From Breznakia blatticola (lineage in GTDB: Bacteria; Bacillota_I; Bacilli_A; Erysipelotrichales; Erysipelotrichaceae): DNA of 32,000 nucleotides. The translations under genes were made by a program, and so were the position numbers. The DNA is taken from positions 30,001 through 62,000 of the forward strand of contig NZ_SODD01000008.1 in the NCBI RefSeq assembly GCF_004365815.1. Reading direction: 5' to 3'. Below the pieces are notes generated by a model. That model made no database searches. It was not told the DNA's origin and saw only the letters and a program-made list of their open reading frames with translations. Shown here piece after piece: positions 9,475-17,356 of the stretch (within the stretch, counting starts at the first letter, position 1; each line of letters starts with the position of its first letter).

Positions 9475-11688
9475 ATGAAAAAAATTGAGTTATTGGCACC
9501 AGCCGGAAATAAAGAAAGTGCGATTGCTGCCATTCAAAATGGAGCAGATGCTTTATATTTAAGTGGAGAATTGTTTGGGGCAAGAGCCTTTGCGGCAAAC
9601 TTTTCAATGGATGAAATACGCGAAATGGTTCAGTATGCGCATGCATATGGATGTAAAATTTATATAACTGTTAATACACTAATTTACCAACATGAATTCC
9701 ACAACGTGATGCATTACATTGATGATTTATATCATGCGCAAGTAGATGCTTGTATTGTGCAAGATTTAGGCTTACTTTATGCAATACGTAAAACATATCC
9801 TGATTTTGAAGTGCATGCTTCTACACAAATGCATATATACAATCATGAAGCATTAGCCTTTTTGCATAGTCAAGGTGTTAGCCGTGCAGTACTCGCCCGT
9901 GAGACTTCATATAAGCAAATGTTAAGCTATAGAGACATAGATATAGAAAAAGAAGTATTTGTGCATGGAGCACTTTGTATTTCATTTTCAGGACAATGTC
10001 TATTTTCTGCGCTTCATATGCATCGTAGTGGAAATCGTGGAATGTGTGCGCAAAATTGTCGTATGCTATATCGCTTATATGAAAATGGAACGATGGTACA
10101 CGATTATGCATATTTACTAAGTCCAAAAGATAACTTTTTATTAGAAGATATTGACCAGTTAAAAAATGCCGAAGTGCATTCACTGAAAATTGAAGGTCGA
10201 ATGAAAAGTCCACAATATGTTGCATATACAACGATGTTGTATCGTCAAGCAATTGATCAAGAACATTTCAAGATACGAGATGATCAATTGGACCAGTTGA
10301 AGGTATTGTTTAATCGTCATTACACAAAAGCTCATTTTCATGAAAAGAATGATAAGCAAATGATGAATCACGAAAGACCAAATCATGTCGGTATTCCTTT
10401 AGGTAAAGTTGTATATATTCGCAACAATCGTATTGGAATTTCACTAGTTGCAGATATTAAACAACATGACGGGATTCGTTTTCTAAATGAAAGTAATGAT
10501 GGATTTACACTGAATCGAATTTATGTACAAGACTTACTAGTCAATGGTGCCAATAAAGGAGATGTAATCGAGATTGATAAAGGAAAACTTTCCGTTAAAG
10601 TTGGCTGTGAAGTAGTTAAGACAAAGGATGTGCAACTTGAAGCAACAATTAGTCAAAGTTATCAACACCTAAAACGAAAAGTAGATGTGTATGCAAAAGT
10701 GAAATTACGCATTGGTAAACCTTTAGAAATAACTGTCAGTGATGGTATCCATGAAGTGCAAAAAGTAAGTGATTGTAATATTGATAAAGCACAAAAGCGT
10801 CCAGTTGAAGCAGCAGATATTCAAAAACGTATCGATAAAACCAACGATACAATATTTGCCTTTAAACAAATTGAAGTAGAAAAAGATGATGATATTTTCT
10901 TACCTTTACAGCAAATTAATGCTTTACGTCGACAAGCATTGGATGCACTTTATGATTTGCGGGTACAAGATTTCACACGTAAACATGTACAATTTGCATG
11001 TGCACCTATCAAGGACACATTTGAAAGTTTTTCACTTGAACTTACGGTACTAAACGAGGAACAATTACTTGCATGTAAAGATGTAAAAGCTAGCCTATTC
11101 ACAAGCAATTATGAGTTGTATAAAACCTACAAAGATCAAATGCCTGTTATGTATCGCCAGAGCAATGTTGTAAGTACACAATGTGATGAAGCTAAGATGG
11201 TCGGGGATATCGGAGGTCTAAATCAAGGAAAAATCATTGATGAAAGTCTTAATGTATCCAACAGTGAATCTTTGGCATATTTACAATCGATGCAAAATCA
11301 ACATATTTATGTGTCACGCGAATTGACGCATGAAGCAATTTTTGATCTTGTTCAAGACTTTCAAAAGACATATCACTTTTTACCGAATATAGGTGTTGTT
11401 CTTTATGGAAAAGCAAAAGTGATGCATATCAAAACCAATATTATCAAAGCAGCAATTTCAAGGACAAATGTAAATGCGCAATATTATTTAGAGGATTTAC
11501 ATAAGCATCGATATTATCTTCAAGAAGATAAAGATGGCTACATTTCCATCTATCAAGATATGCCAAAAGATGAAATTGCAAATATTGATCAATACAAGCA
11601 AATGGGAATTGAACACTTTCGACTTGATTTTACAGATGAATCAGAAAAAGAAGTTAAAGCGATTCTTGCAAAAATTCCAAATTATTAG
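9475..11688 (+). CDS. U32 family peptidase-like protein (large form with C-terminal extension)
   Basis: It has the canonical U32 N-terminus KIELLAPAGN..AIAAIQNGADALYL, the E..VHGALC.S.SGQC motif, and SLKIEGRMK. 737 aa. Confidence 0.88.
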   Translation: MKKIELLAPAGNKESAIAAIQNGADALYLSGELFGARAFAANFSMDEIREMVQYAHAYGCKIYITVNTLIYQHEFHNVMHYIDDLYHAQVDACIVQDLGLLYAIRKTYPDFEVHASTQMHIYNHEALAFLHSQGVSRAVLARETSYKQMLSYRDIDIEKEVFVHGALCISFSGQCLFSALHMHRSGNRGMCAQNCRMLYRLYENGTMVHDYAYLLSPKDNFLLEDIDQLKNAEVHSLKIEGRMKSPQYVAYTTMLYRQAIDQEHFKIRDDQLDQLKVLFNRHYTKAHFHEKNDKQMMNHERPNHVGIPLGKVVYIRNNRIGISLVADIKQHDGIRFLNESNDGFTLNRIYVQDLLVNGANKGDVIEIDKGKLSVKVGCEVVKTKDVQLEATISQSYQHLKRKVDVYAKVKLRIGKPLEITVSDGIHEVQKVSDCNIDKAQKRPVEAADIQKRIDKTNDTIFAFKQIEVEKDDDIFLPLQQINALRRQALDALYDLRVQDFTRKHVQFACAPIKDTFESFSLELTVLNEEQLLACKDVKASLFTSNYELYKTYKDQMPVMYRQSNVVSTQCDEAKMVGDIGGLNQGKIIDESLNVSNSESLAYLQSMQNQHIYVSRELTHEAIFDLVQDFQKTYHFLPNIGVVLYGKAKVMHIKTNIIKAAISRTNVNAQYYLEDLHKHRYYLQEDKDGYISIYQDMPKDEIANIDQYKQMGIEHFRLDFTDESEKEVKAILAKIPNY

Positions 11689-11697
11689 CAGATACTA

Positions 11698-11727
11698 CCA
11701 CATGGATGCGCATGTGGTTTTTATTTG
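11698..11727 (+). terminator. intrinsic terminator after the U32 gene
   Basis: ACCACATG-gatgcg-CATGTGGT followed by TTTTTATTT. Confidence 0.85.
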
Positions 11728-11735
11728 CTATATTA
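11727..11735 (+). promoter_or_regulatory. candidate extended -10 promoter (TGcTATATT) for the leader ORF / ankyrin / EF-G-like unit
   Basis: It lies immediately after the U32 terminator and about 10 nt before the GAGGGG RBS of the small ORF. No good -35 is present. Confidence 0.35.
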
Positions 11736-11758
11736 ATTTCAAGAGAGGGGTGATGAGT

Positions 11759-11824
11759 ATGCAAAACATTCAAGGATCAGTAAGTGAAGAAATCATCATC
11801 CCAATTTTTTTGTTTGTTTCATGA
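11759..11824 (+). CDS. candidate 21-aa leader peptide MQNIQGSVSEEIIIPIFLFVS
   Basis: GAGGGG lies 9 nt upstream of the ATG. An alternative ATG at 11753 has too short a spacer. The stop TGA (11822-11824) directly abuts the 5' arm of a hairpin followed by a T6 run. Confidence 0.3.
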   Translation: MQNIQGSVSEEIIIPIFLFVS

Positions 11825-11847
11825 TGCGAAGAGAATTCGCATTTTTT
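11825..11847 (+). terminator. small terminator-like hairpin between the leader ORF and the ankyrin gene
   Basis: TGCGAA-gagaa-TTCGCA followed by TTTTTT. The stem is short (6 bp), so this call is marginal. Confidence 0.4.
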
Positions 11848-11870
11848 AGTGAATGAAAGGAAGTGTTGAA

Positions 11871-12539
11871 ATGGACGAGCAAATGAAAATCCTGTGGAAC
11901 ACAGGAGCTACGGGGGATGTAACTACACTAGTTGCCCAAATTAAAAAGGGATTGGATATTAATTATCAAAATCCAGAAGGAAGAACCATTCTCATGCGTG
12001 CTGCTAAAAGAGATTATAAAGATGTCGTACGAATTTTAATTGATAATGGTGCAGATGTAAATTTAAGAGACAATCAAGGAAGAACTGCATTGATGGGAGC
12101 AGCAAAAAAAGGTAATAAGACCATCGTAAAGAAATTAATGGAAGCAGGAGCGGATATTAATATTCAAGATTGCAAGGGACGCACAGCATTGATGCGTGCA
12201 GCATTCTTGGGGTATGATCGTGTAATTCGTGAATTATTGAAAGGTGATTTAATGCTCGATTTACGTGATGAAAAAGGAAGAACCGCATTAATGGAAGCAT
12301 GTCTAGCGTATAAACAAGATGCAATTGATTTATTGCTAGTGGCAAAAGCAGATGTAAACTTACAAGATAATAATGGTTGTACTGCATTAATGCGCGCAGC
12401 ATATGCTGGATATGCAGGATTAGTTGAAAAATTACTTGATTATGGTGCAGATAAAAATATTGAAGATGAAGATGGAAAGAAAGCCATCAATTATGTTCGA
12501 GAGTCATTAAAAAGTGAACTTGAACCGTTATTAGGATAG
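11871..12539 (+). CDS. ankyrin-repeat protein (about six 33-aa repeats), no signal peptide
   Basis: The repeat G(R/C)TALMRAA..G....V..LL..GAD(V/I)N..D recurs six times. I prefer the ATG at 11871 (AAGGAAG 8 nt upstream) over the track start at 11853. Confidence 0.85.
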   Translation: MDEQMKILWNTGATGDVTTLVAQIKKGLDINYQNPEGRTILMRAAKRDYKDVVRILIDNGADVNLRDNQGRTALMGAAKKGNKTIVKKLMEAGADINIQDCKGRTALMRAAFLGYDRVIRELLKGDLMLDLRDEKGRTALMEACLAYKQDAIDLLLVAKADVNLQDNNGCTALMRAAYAGYAGLVEKLLDYGADKNIEDEDGKKAINYVRESLKSELEPLLG

Positions 12540-12550
12540 GGGGACAAAGT

Positions 12551-14635
12551 ATGAGAGATTATAAATCAAGTGAAATACGTAATGTCGCCGTGTTAGGACA
12601 TAGTGGTTCAGGAAAGACTTCTATTTTAGAAGCGATGCTTTATTTTACAAAAGCAAGTGATCGTTTTGGAAAAACAAGTGAAGGAAGTTCACTTATTGAT
12701 TATGACAGTGAAGAAATTGCGAGAGGAATGTCGATTTATACATCGATTGTTCCAATTGAGTGGCAAGATTATAAAATTAACTTCTTAGATACTCCAGGAT
12801 ATCTAGATTATATTGGAGAACAAGAAGCAGCAATGGAAGTTTGTGATAATGCATTAATTATTGTGAGTGCAAAAGATAAAGTACAACCAGGAACGATTAA
12901 TGCGTGGGAAGCTGCAAAGGATAAAAAGATTCCAGCAATTTTCTTTATTAACAAACTAGATGAAGATCATACATCATTTGATGAAACATACAATGCATTG
13001 CGTGATACATTTGGGAAAAGTGTTATTCCTTTTGAGATGCCAATTTTAGAAAATGGAGAAGTAATTGGTTCAATTAACATTTTAAGAGATAAAGTGTGGT
13101 ACTTTAAAGGTGAAAAGGCTAGTCGTGATACAGCATATGATGTACCTGATGACTATCGTGAAATCGTTGATACATATAAAGCACAAATTGCAGAAACTGT
13201 AGCAATGGGTGATGATGAATTGATGGAAAAATACTTTAGTGGAGAAGAATTCACTGAAGCACAACTTACAAAAGGTGTTCGTATTGGTGTTCGTAATGGG
13301 GATATTGTTCCTGTATTTAGTGGTTCAGCAACGTTATCAGTTGGTATTGAACGTTTAATGGACCTTATTGTGAAGTATTTTCCAACGTATGGTGAGCAAG
13401 GTACAATTGTTCTGACTGACACAAAAACAAATGAATTAGTGGAACTACAAACAGCAGAAGATGAAGCGTTAAGCGCACTTGTATTTAAAACAATTGTTGA
13501 CCCATTTGTTGGTAAAATTTCGTTCTTAAAGGTGTTAAGTGGTACACTGACAAGTGATACGGCAGTATACAACCCGAAAAAAGATGAAATGGAGAAAATC
13601 TCACAAATCTTTATTATCAAAGGAAAGCACCAAACTGCTGTAGGAAAACTATTTACAGGTGATATTGGAGCGGTAAGTAAATTACAATTTACACAAACGA
13701 ATGATACACTTTGTGATAAAGGAAAACATTATGTGGCAGATCCAATACCATTTACAAAAGGACTACTTGGTCATGCAATTCGTCCAAAGACAAAAGCGGA
13801 TGATGATAAAGTAAATGGAGCACTTCAAAAAGTACTCGAAGAAGATCAAACAACATGGATCGATAACAATAAAGAAACGAAACAAATTGTTCTTTATGGA
13901 GTTGGAGAACAACACTTTGAAGTGATTGTTAATAAAATGAAAAATCGCTATAAAGTCGATGTTGAATTAAGTGATCCAAAAGTACAATATCGTGAAACGA
14001 TTAAAAAGAAAGTGGAAGCCGAAGGTCGACACAAGAAACAATCTGGTGGTCATGGACAATTCGGACATGTATTTATTGAATTCTTACCGAATCCAGATGA
14101 AGAAGAAATGGTTTTTGAGACACGAGTTGTTGGTGGAGCAGTGCCAAAAGGATATTTCCCAGCAGTTGAAACAGGGTTACGTGAAGCTATGGAAACTGGA
14201 GTACTGGCTGGATACAAAATGGTAAACACAAAAGCGGTTTTATATGATGGTAAATATCATGATGTCGATTCAAATGAATTATCATTTAAACTTGCTGCAA
14301 GTTTAGCTTATAAAGATGGTATTCCTAAAGCAAACCCAGTATTATTGGAACCAATTATGAGTTTGAGAATTTCAGTTCCTGATGAATACACAGGAAATGT
14401 AATTGGTGAAATCAATAAACGTAGAGGAATGATTATTTCGATGGATCTTGAAGGAGGAAAACAGGTAATTACAGCAACTGCACCATTAGCAGAAATACTT
14501 GACTTCCCAACGATACTACGTGCTTGTACACAAGGTCGTGGACATTATACGCAAGAATTTGAACGCTATGATGAAATACCAAATGCAATGAAAGATCAAA
14601 TCATTGATAAGGCACGAAAAGCAAAAGAAGCATAA
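12551..14635 (+). CDS. elongation factor G paralog (divergent EF-G-II-like translational GTPase)
   Basis: It has G1 GHSGSGKTS, G3 DTPGYLDY (Tyr where canonical EF-G/EF-Tu have the catalytic His) and G4 NKLD. It also has the domain IV/V signatures GGHGQFGHV and YHDVDSNELSFKLAA. 694 aa. GGGGGA RBS, 11 nt after the ankyrin stop. Confidence 0.85.
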   Translation: MRDYKSSEIRNVAVLGHSGSGKTSILEAMLYFTKASDRFGKTSEGSSLIDYDSEEIARGMSIYTSIVPIEWQDYKINFLDTPGYLDYIGEQEAAMEVCDNALIIVSAKDKVQPGTINAWEAAKDKKIPAIFFINKLDEDHTSFDETYNALRDTFGKSVIPFEMPILENGEVIGSINILRDKVWYFKGEKASRDTAYDVPDDYREIVDTYKAQIAETVAMGDDELMEKYFSGEEFTEAQLTKGVRIGVRNGDIVPVFSGSATLSVGIERLMDLIVKYFPTYGEQGTIVLTDTKTNELVELQTAEDEALSALVFKTIVDPFVGKISFLKVLSGTLTSDTAVYNPKKDEMEKISQIFIIKGKHQTAVGKLFTGDIGAVSKLQFTQTNDTLCDKGKHYVADPIPFTKGLLGHAIRPKTKADDDKVNGALQKVLEEDQTTWIDNNKETKQIVLYGVGEQHFEVIVNKMKNRYKVDVELSDPKVQYRETIKKKVEAEGRHKKQSGGHGQFGHVFIEFLPNPDEEEMVFETRVVGGAVPKGYFPAVETGLREAMETGVLAGYKMVNTKAVLYDGKYHDVDSNELSFKLAASLAYKDGIPKANPVLLEPIMSLRISVPDEYTGNVIGEINKRRGMIISMDLEGGKQVITATAPLAEILDFPTILRACTQGRGHYTQEFERYDEIPNAMKDQIIDKARKAKEA

Positions 14636-14642
14636 GAGAAAT

Positions 14643-14671
14643 GACCGGTAGTTTTTAACTATCGGTTTTCT
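14643..14671 (+). terminator. intrinsic terminator after the EF-G paralog
   Basis: ACCGGTAGT-tttta-ACTATCGGT (one G-U pair) followed by TTTCTT. Confidence 0.75.
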
Positions 14672-14769
14672 TGCATATCAATATTGAATATTACGTGAAG
14701 TGTATGATTGCAATTGTAAAAGTATCAGATACTTAGTATAATAATTATTGTTAGAATTGGGAGCGCGTT

Positions 14770-15441
14770 ATGAAAAAGAATCAAGAAGTTAATGAACAAA
14801 AAGAAAATGTTGAAAAAAATGGTGGTGACTGGGAAGTTGCTGAGCAAAAAGTAAAAATAGGAACTGAATGGAAAAGTGCAGACCAATTAAAGAAGAGTTT
14901 CTTTGTTGAACTTTTAATCGCAATTGCCTTTGCGGTATTAACTGTTTATGCATTTACACTTAGTATCTTTTTAGGAGTAGTTATTTTATTCATTACGTTA
15001 TTCTTTGTTTTAACGGCAATGGGTTCAATTAGTGCATTAAAATCCATTGATGAACGAATTGAGTTTACACCTAATATTAATTTTAAAGACAAAGTAAACG
15101 GATTGCGTAAAAAAGTAGATGTAAATGCTAGCATGCGTAAACGTATTGTGATGACTACAGAAGTAGAAACAGAACTACCAGATGCATATAACTCAATTGC
15201 AATTGGATCTAAAATTATCGTAGAAAAAGAAAAGGTGTCTTTAGATAATGGAACTTTCTTAGGAAGTATCAATAAAAAAGATATGACGAAACTTCGTGCA
15301 TATCTTAAAGAAAATAAAGATGTTACTGGTTTTATTGGACGTGTCTTAAATGTAAAAGAAAAAGATGGTGATTATGTTGAAATTGAGATTTCAGCACAAG
15401 TGGATCCTGAGACAGTAACACCAACTCCAGAGAATAAGTAA
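14770..15441 (+). CDS. hypothetical membrane protein (two TM helices, soluble C-terminal domain)
   Basis: A charged N-terminus is followed by the hydrophobic stretch FFVELLIAIAFAVLTVYAFTLSIFLGVVILFITLFFVLTAMG. GGGAG RBS, with TATAAT upstream. I recognise no family. Confidence 0.7.
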   Translation: MKKNQEVNEQKENVEKNGGDWEVAEQKVKIGTEWKSADQLKKSFFVELLIAIAFAVLTVYAFTLSIFLGVVILFITLFFVLTAMGSISALKSIDERIEFTPNINFKDKVNGLRKKVDVNASMRKRIVMTTEVETELPDAYNSIAIGSKIIVEKEKVSLDNGTFLGSINKKDMTKLRAYLKENKDVTGFIGRVLNVKEKDGDYVEIEISAQVDPETVTPTPENK

Positions 15442-15469
15442 AATTATTTCAAATAGTGAGCAAAACCTA

Positions 15470-15498
15470 TTTACAAACGGTATCTTTTTGTTTATAAT
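15470..15498 (+). promoter_or_regulatory. sigma-A type promoter of tRNA-His (TTTACA-17-TATAAT)
   Basis: Consensus spacing. The -10 ends about 21 nt before the mature tRNA 5' end. Confidence 0.7.
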
Positions 15499-15519
15499 AG
15501 GTAATGCTTACTGAAATAT

Positions 15520-15596
15520 GGCGGTCGTGGTGAAGTGGTTAACACAGCGGGTTGTGGTCCCGTCATGCGTGGGTTCAAATCCCATCGGTCGCCCCA
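15520..15596 (+). tRNA. tRNA-His (anticodon GTG) with genome-encoded G-1 and encoded CCA
   Basis: I folded the cloverleaf by hand. The acceptor stem is GCGGTCG/CGGTCGC (two G-U pairs). The anticodon arm is GCGGG-TTGTGGT-CCCGT and the T arm is GTGGG-TTCAAAT-CCCAT. An extra 5' G sits opposite C73, and the 3' end is CCA. Confidence 0.9.
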
Positions 15597-15607
15597 TATA
15601 AAGCAAT

Positions 15608-15634
15608 AAACCTCTAGCAATAGAGGTTTTTATT
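15608..15634 (+). terminator. intrinsic terminator after tRNA-His
   Basis: AAACCTCTA-gcaa-TAGAGGTTT followed by a T run. Confidence 0.8.
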
Positions 15635-15647
15635 ATGCTCATTCGAT

Positions 15648-15669
15648 TTTGGCATACATTTGGCATACA
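15648..15669. repeat. perfect tandem direct repeat 2 x TTTGGCATACA, the second copy running into the palindrome CATACA-a-TGTATG (15664-15676)
   Basis: Read directly from the sequence. It lies about 150 bp upstream of the LytTR gene. Confidence 0.9.
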
Positions 15670-15822
15670 ATGTATGTCATTTTTACAATCTCAAGTGCAG
15701 ATAACTACTTAAAAGCGTGCATGATGCTCAATTATTGCATCTTAACCGTAAATTCTTACCACTTAGCGTGAAAGCCTATGTTTTTTCATTGAGTTTAGTA
15801 TAATACATGTAAGGAGAATTTT

Positions 15823-16284
15823 ATGAAGATACACATTGAGTTAATTGAAGATGATAATGATGAAGAAATTGTCATTAAAACAAAAGATATAACTAAAGAA
15901 ATAAAAGATATACAAAAATTCATCCAAAATCGACTCAAAGGGGTAAAACGGTTAGTACTCTACAAGGGTGAAGAAGAATTGTATGTACCAGTGGAAAACA
16001 TTCTCTTTTTTGAAACATCAGAAGACAGCGTGTATGCCCACACGAAGAATGATGCGTATATGGTTAAACATCGACTATACGAGTTAGAAAAAGAATTACC
16101 AGAATACTTTATGCGAGTAAGTAAATCGACGATTATAAATATCACTAAAGTGATGTCGATTCAAAAGAACCTCACAAGCAGCAGTTTGGTTCGGTTCATG
16201 AATAGTGTAAAAGAAGTTTATGTTTCTAGAATGTATTACAAAGAATTGAAGCTACGTCTTCACGAAAGGAGTTATTATGAATAA
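15823..16284 (+). CDS. LytTR-domain DNA-binding protein without a receiver domain
   Basis: 153 aa. The C-terminal two-thirds match the LytTR pattern (ILFFET.....YAHT.....V...LYELE..LP..F.RVSKS.IINI..V). The acidic N-terminal 45 aa are not a REC domain. AAGGAG RBS. Confidence 0.8.
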   Translation: MKIHIELIEDDNDEEIVIKTKDITKEIKDIQKFIQNRLKGVKRLVLYKGEEELYVPVENILFFETSEDSVYAHTKNDAYMVKHRLYELEKELPEYFMRVSKSTIINITKVMSIQKNLTSSSLVRFMNSVKEVYVSRMYYKELKLRLHERSYYE

Positions 16285-16987
16285 AAAAACAAATTGGCTA
16301 TGGGGAATTGTGTTTATAGCAGTAGGGGTCATGATTGTACTTGTTCCTATGTTAGGATTATCTATCAATCTAATGCATATGATTTGGACTGTACTATTAC
16401 TGCTATGTGTTGTAAGTAATATTAAATACAGAAACTGGTTTTTAATTGTAATGCCACTATGTTTGGCAGTATGGATTAATCGTTCCTATCTACAAATTGA
16501 AGATGTCTTAAGCTTCTTTCCATTAATGGGTGCTGGGGTGTTTGTAAGTATTGGACTTTCTATTATATTCAAAGATCACTCCTATCGTTACAATCATATT
16601 CGCTATCACCGTAGTGGAAAACATGCAGATTATACAAAACAAAGCAGCCATGATGAAAGTGTGATCAATATTGATACTGCATTATCAGGAAGTGCACAAT
16701 ATATACATTCACAAAATCTACGACTAATTACAGCAGAAGTTAGTTTAGGTTCTCTTCAATTATATTTACAACAAGCAAAACTAGATCCAGAGGGAGCGAC
16801 AATCAAACTAGATGTATCACTTGCTACTCTTACTTTATATATTCCAAAAGAATGGAACACACAAGTTGATGTATCTTCTAGTTTAGGTGGTGTAGATGAA
16901 GGTTTTCATGAAAGAGACTATAATCTACCAAAACTTCTTATTACTGGAGAAGTAGCTCTTGGGAATTTGGAAATCATCTATATTTAG
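16277..16987 (+). CDS. polytopic membrane protein with a beta-rich C-terminal domain reminiscent of LiaF/DUF2154
   Basis: About four N-terminal TM helices. The C-terminal half has repeated short strand-like segments (LITAEVSLGSLQLYL, IKLDVSLATLTLYI, LLITGEVALGNLEIIYI). It overlaps the LytTR gene by 8 nt. The family assignment is tentative. Confidence 0.6.
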   Translation: MNKKTNWLWGIVFIAVGVMIVLVPMLGLSINLMHMIWTVLLLLCVVSNIKYRNWFLIVMPLCLAVWINRSYLQIEDVLSFFPLMGAGVFVSIGLSIIFKDHSYRYNHIRYHRSGKHADYTKQSSHDESVINIDTALSGSAQYIHSQNLRLITAEVSLGSLQLYLQQAKLDPEGATIKLDVSLATLTLYIPKEWNTQVDVSSSLGGVDEGFHERDYNLPKLLITGEVALGNLEIIYI

Positions 16988-17037
16988 GTGATTTTTTCTT
17001 TATTATAATATAATCCTACTAAACGTGTAGGAAATGC

Positions 17038-17065
17038 TTGACATTGTTTTCTTTTATGGTATTAT
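17038..17065 (+). promoter_or_regulatory. strong promoter (TTGACA-16-TGgTATTAT)
   Basis: Consensus -35 plus an extended -10. No protein-coding gene follows it on the + strand. Confidence 0.65.
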
Positions 17066-17071
17066 ATAGAC

Positions 17072-17284
17072 AGGATAGGAAAGGTATACATACCAAAATG
17101 TTCACCAGGGAAGGGTGAACAAAGTAATATCTTATTTTCCTACTAGGAAGGTAGGAAATGTCGAGTTTTTGTCTAAAATTCATTGTTATCCCCCCAAAAC
17201 ATTAATTTTGACATGCGCTTTGTAGGAAGGGCGTCTACTCAAAATAAAAAGCAATCATCAACACGCATGATTGCTTTTTATTTT
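17072..17284 (+). ncRNA. candidate ~210-nt purine-motif-rich small RNA
   Basis: It is bounded by the promoter above and a strong terminator (AGCAATCAT-caacacgc-ATGATTGCT + TTTTTATTTT, 17250-17284). Internal hairpins are GTTCACC-agggaag-GGTGAAC (17100-17120) and CCTAC-taggaag-GTAGG (17139-17155), with GGA in the loops. I recognise no known family. Confidence 0.4.
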
Positions 17285-17321
17285 CAATTTATTTACATTA
17301 ATGAAAAAATTCAAATTAATA

Positions 17322-17350
17322 TTTACATTTCTTTGACCTATTGCTATAAT
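17322..17350 (+). promoter_or_regulatory. promoter TTTACA-17-TATAAT
   Basis: Consensus spacing and a perfect -10. No + strand coding gene lies downstream. Confidence 0.6.
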
Positions 17351-17356
17351 GAACTA

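Noticed and set aside
11871-12539. Ankyrin protein as a secreted, eukaryote-targeting effector or recent eukaryotic transfer.
   Set aside because: It has no signal peptide or secretion motif. Its codon and base composition match the surroundings. Its close spacing to the EF-G paralog argues for an intracellular bacterial role.
15635-15706. 23-codon ORF starting inside the tRNA terminator T-run and covering the tandem 11-mer.
   Set aside because: It has no RBS, its start lies within the terminator, and the repeat itself creates the open frame.
17158-17205. 15-codon ORF (MSSFCLKFIVIPPKH) inside the first candidate sRNA, preceded by GGAAGG.
   Set aside because: The apparent SD is simply one of the repeated TAGGAA motifs and lies within a predicted hairpin. 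The ORF is too short to evaluate. I kept it only as a caveat that the RNA could be dual-function.
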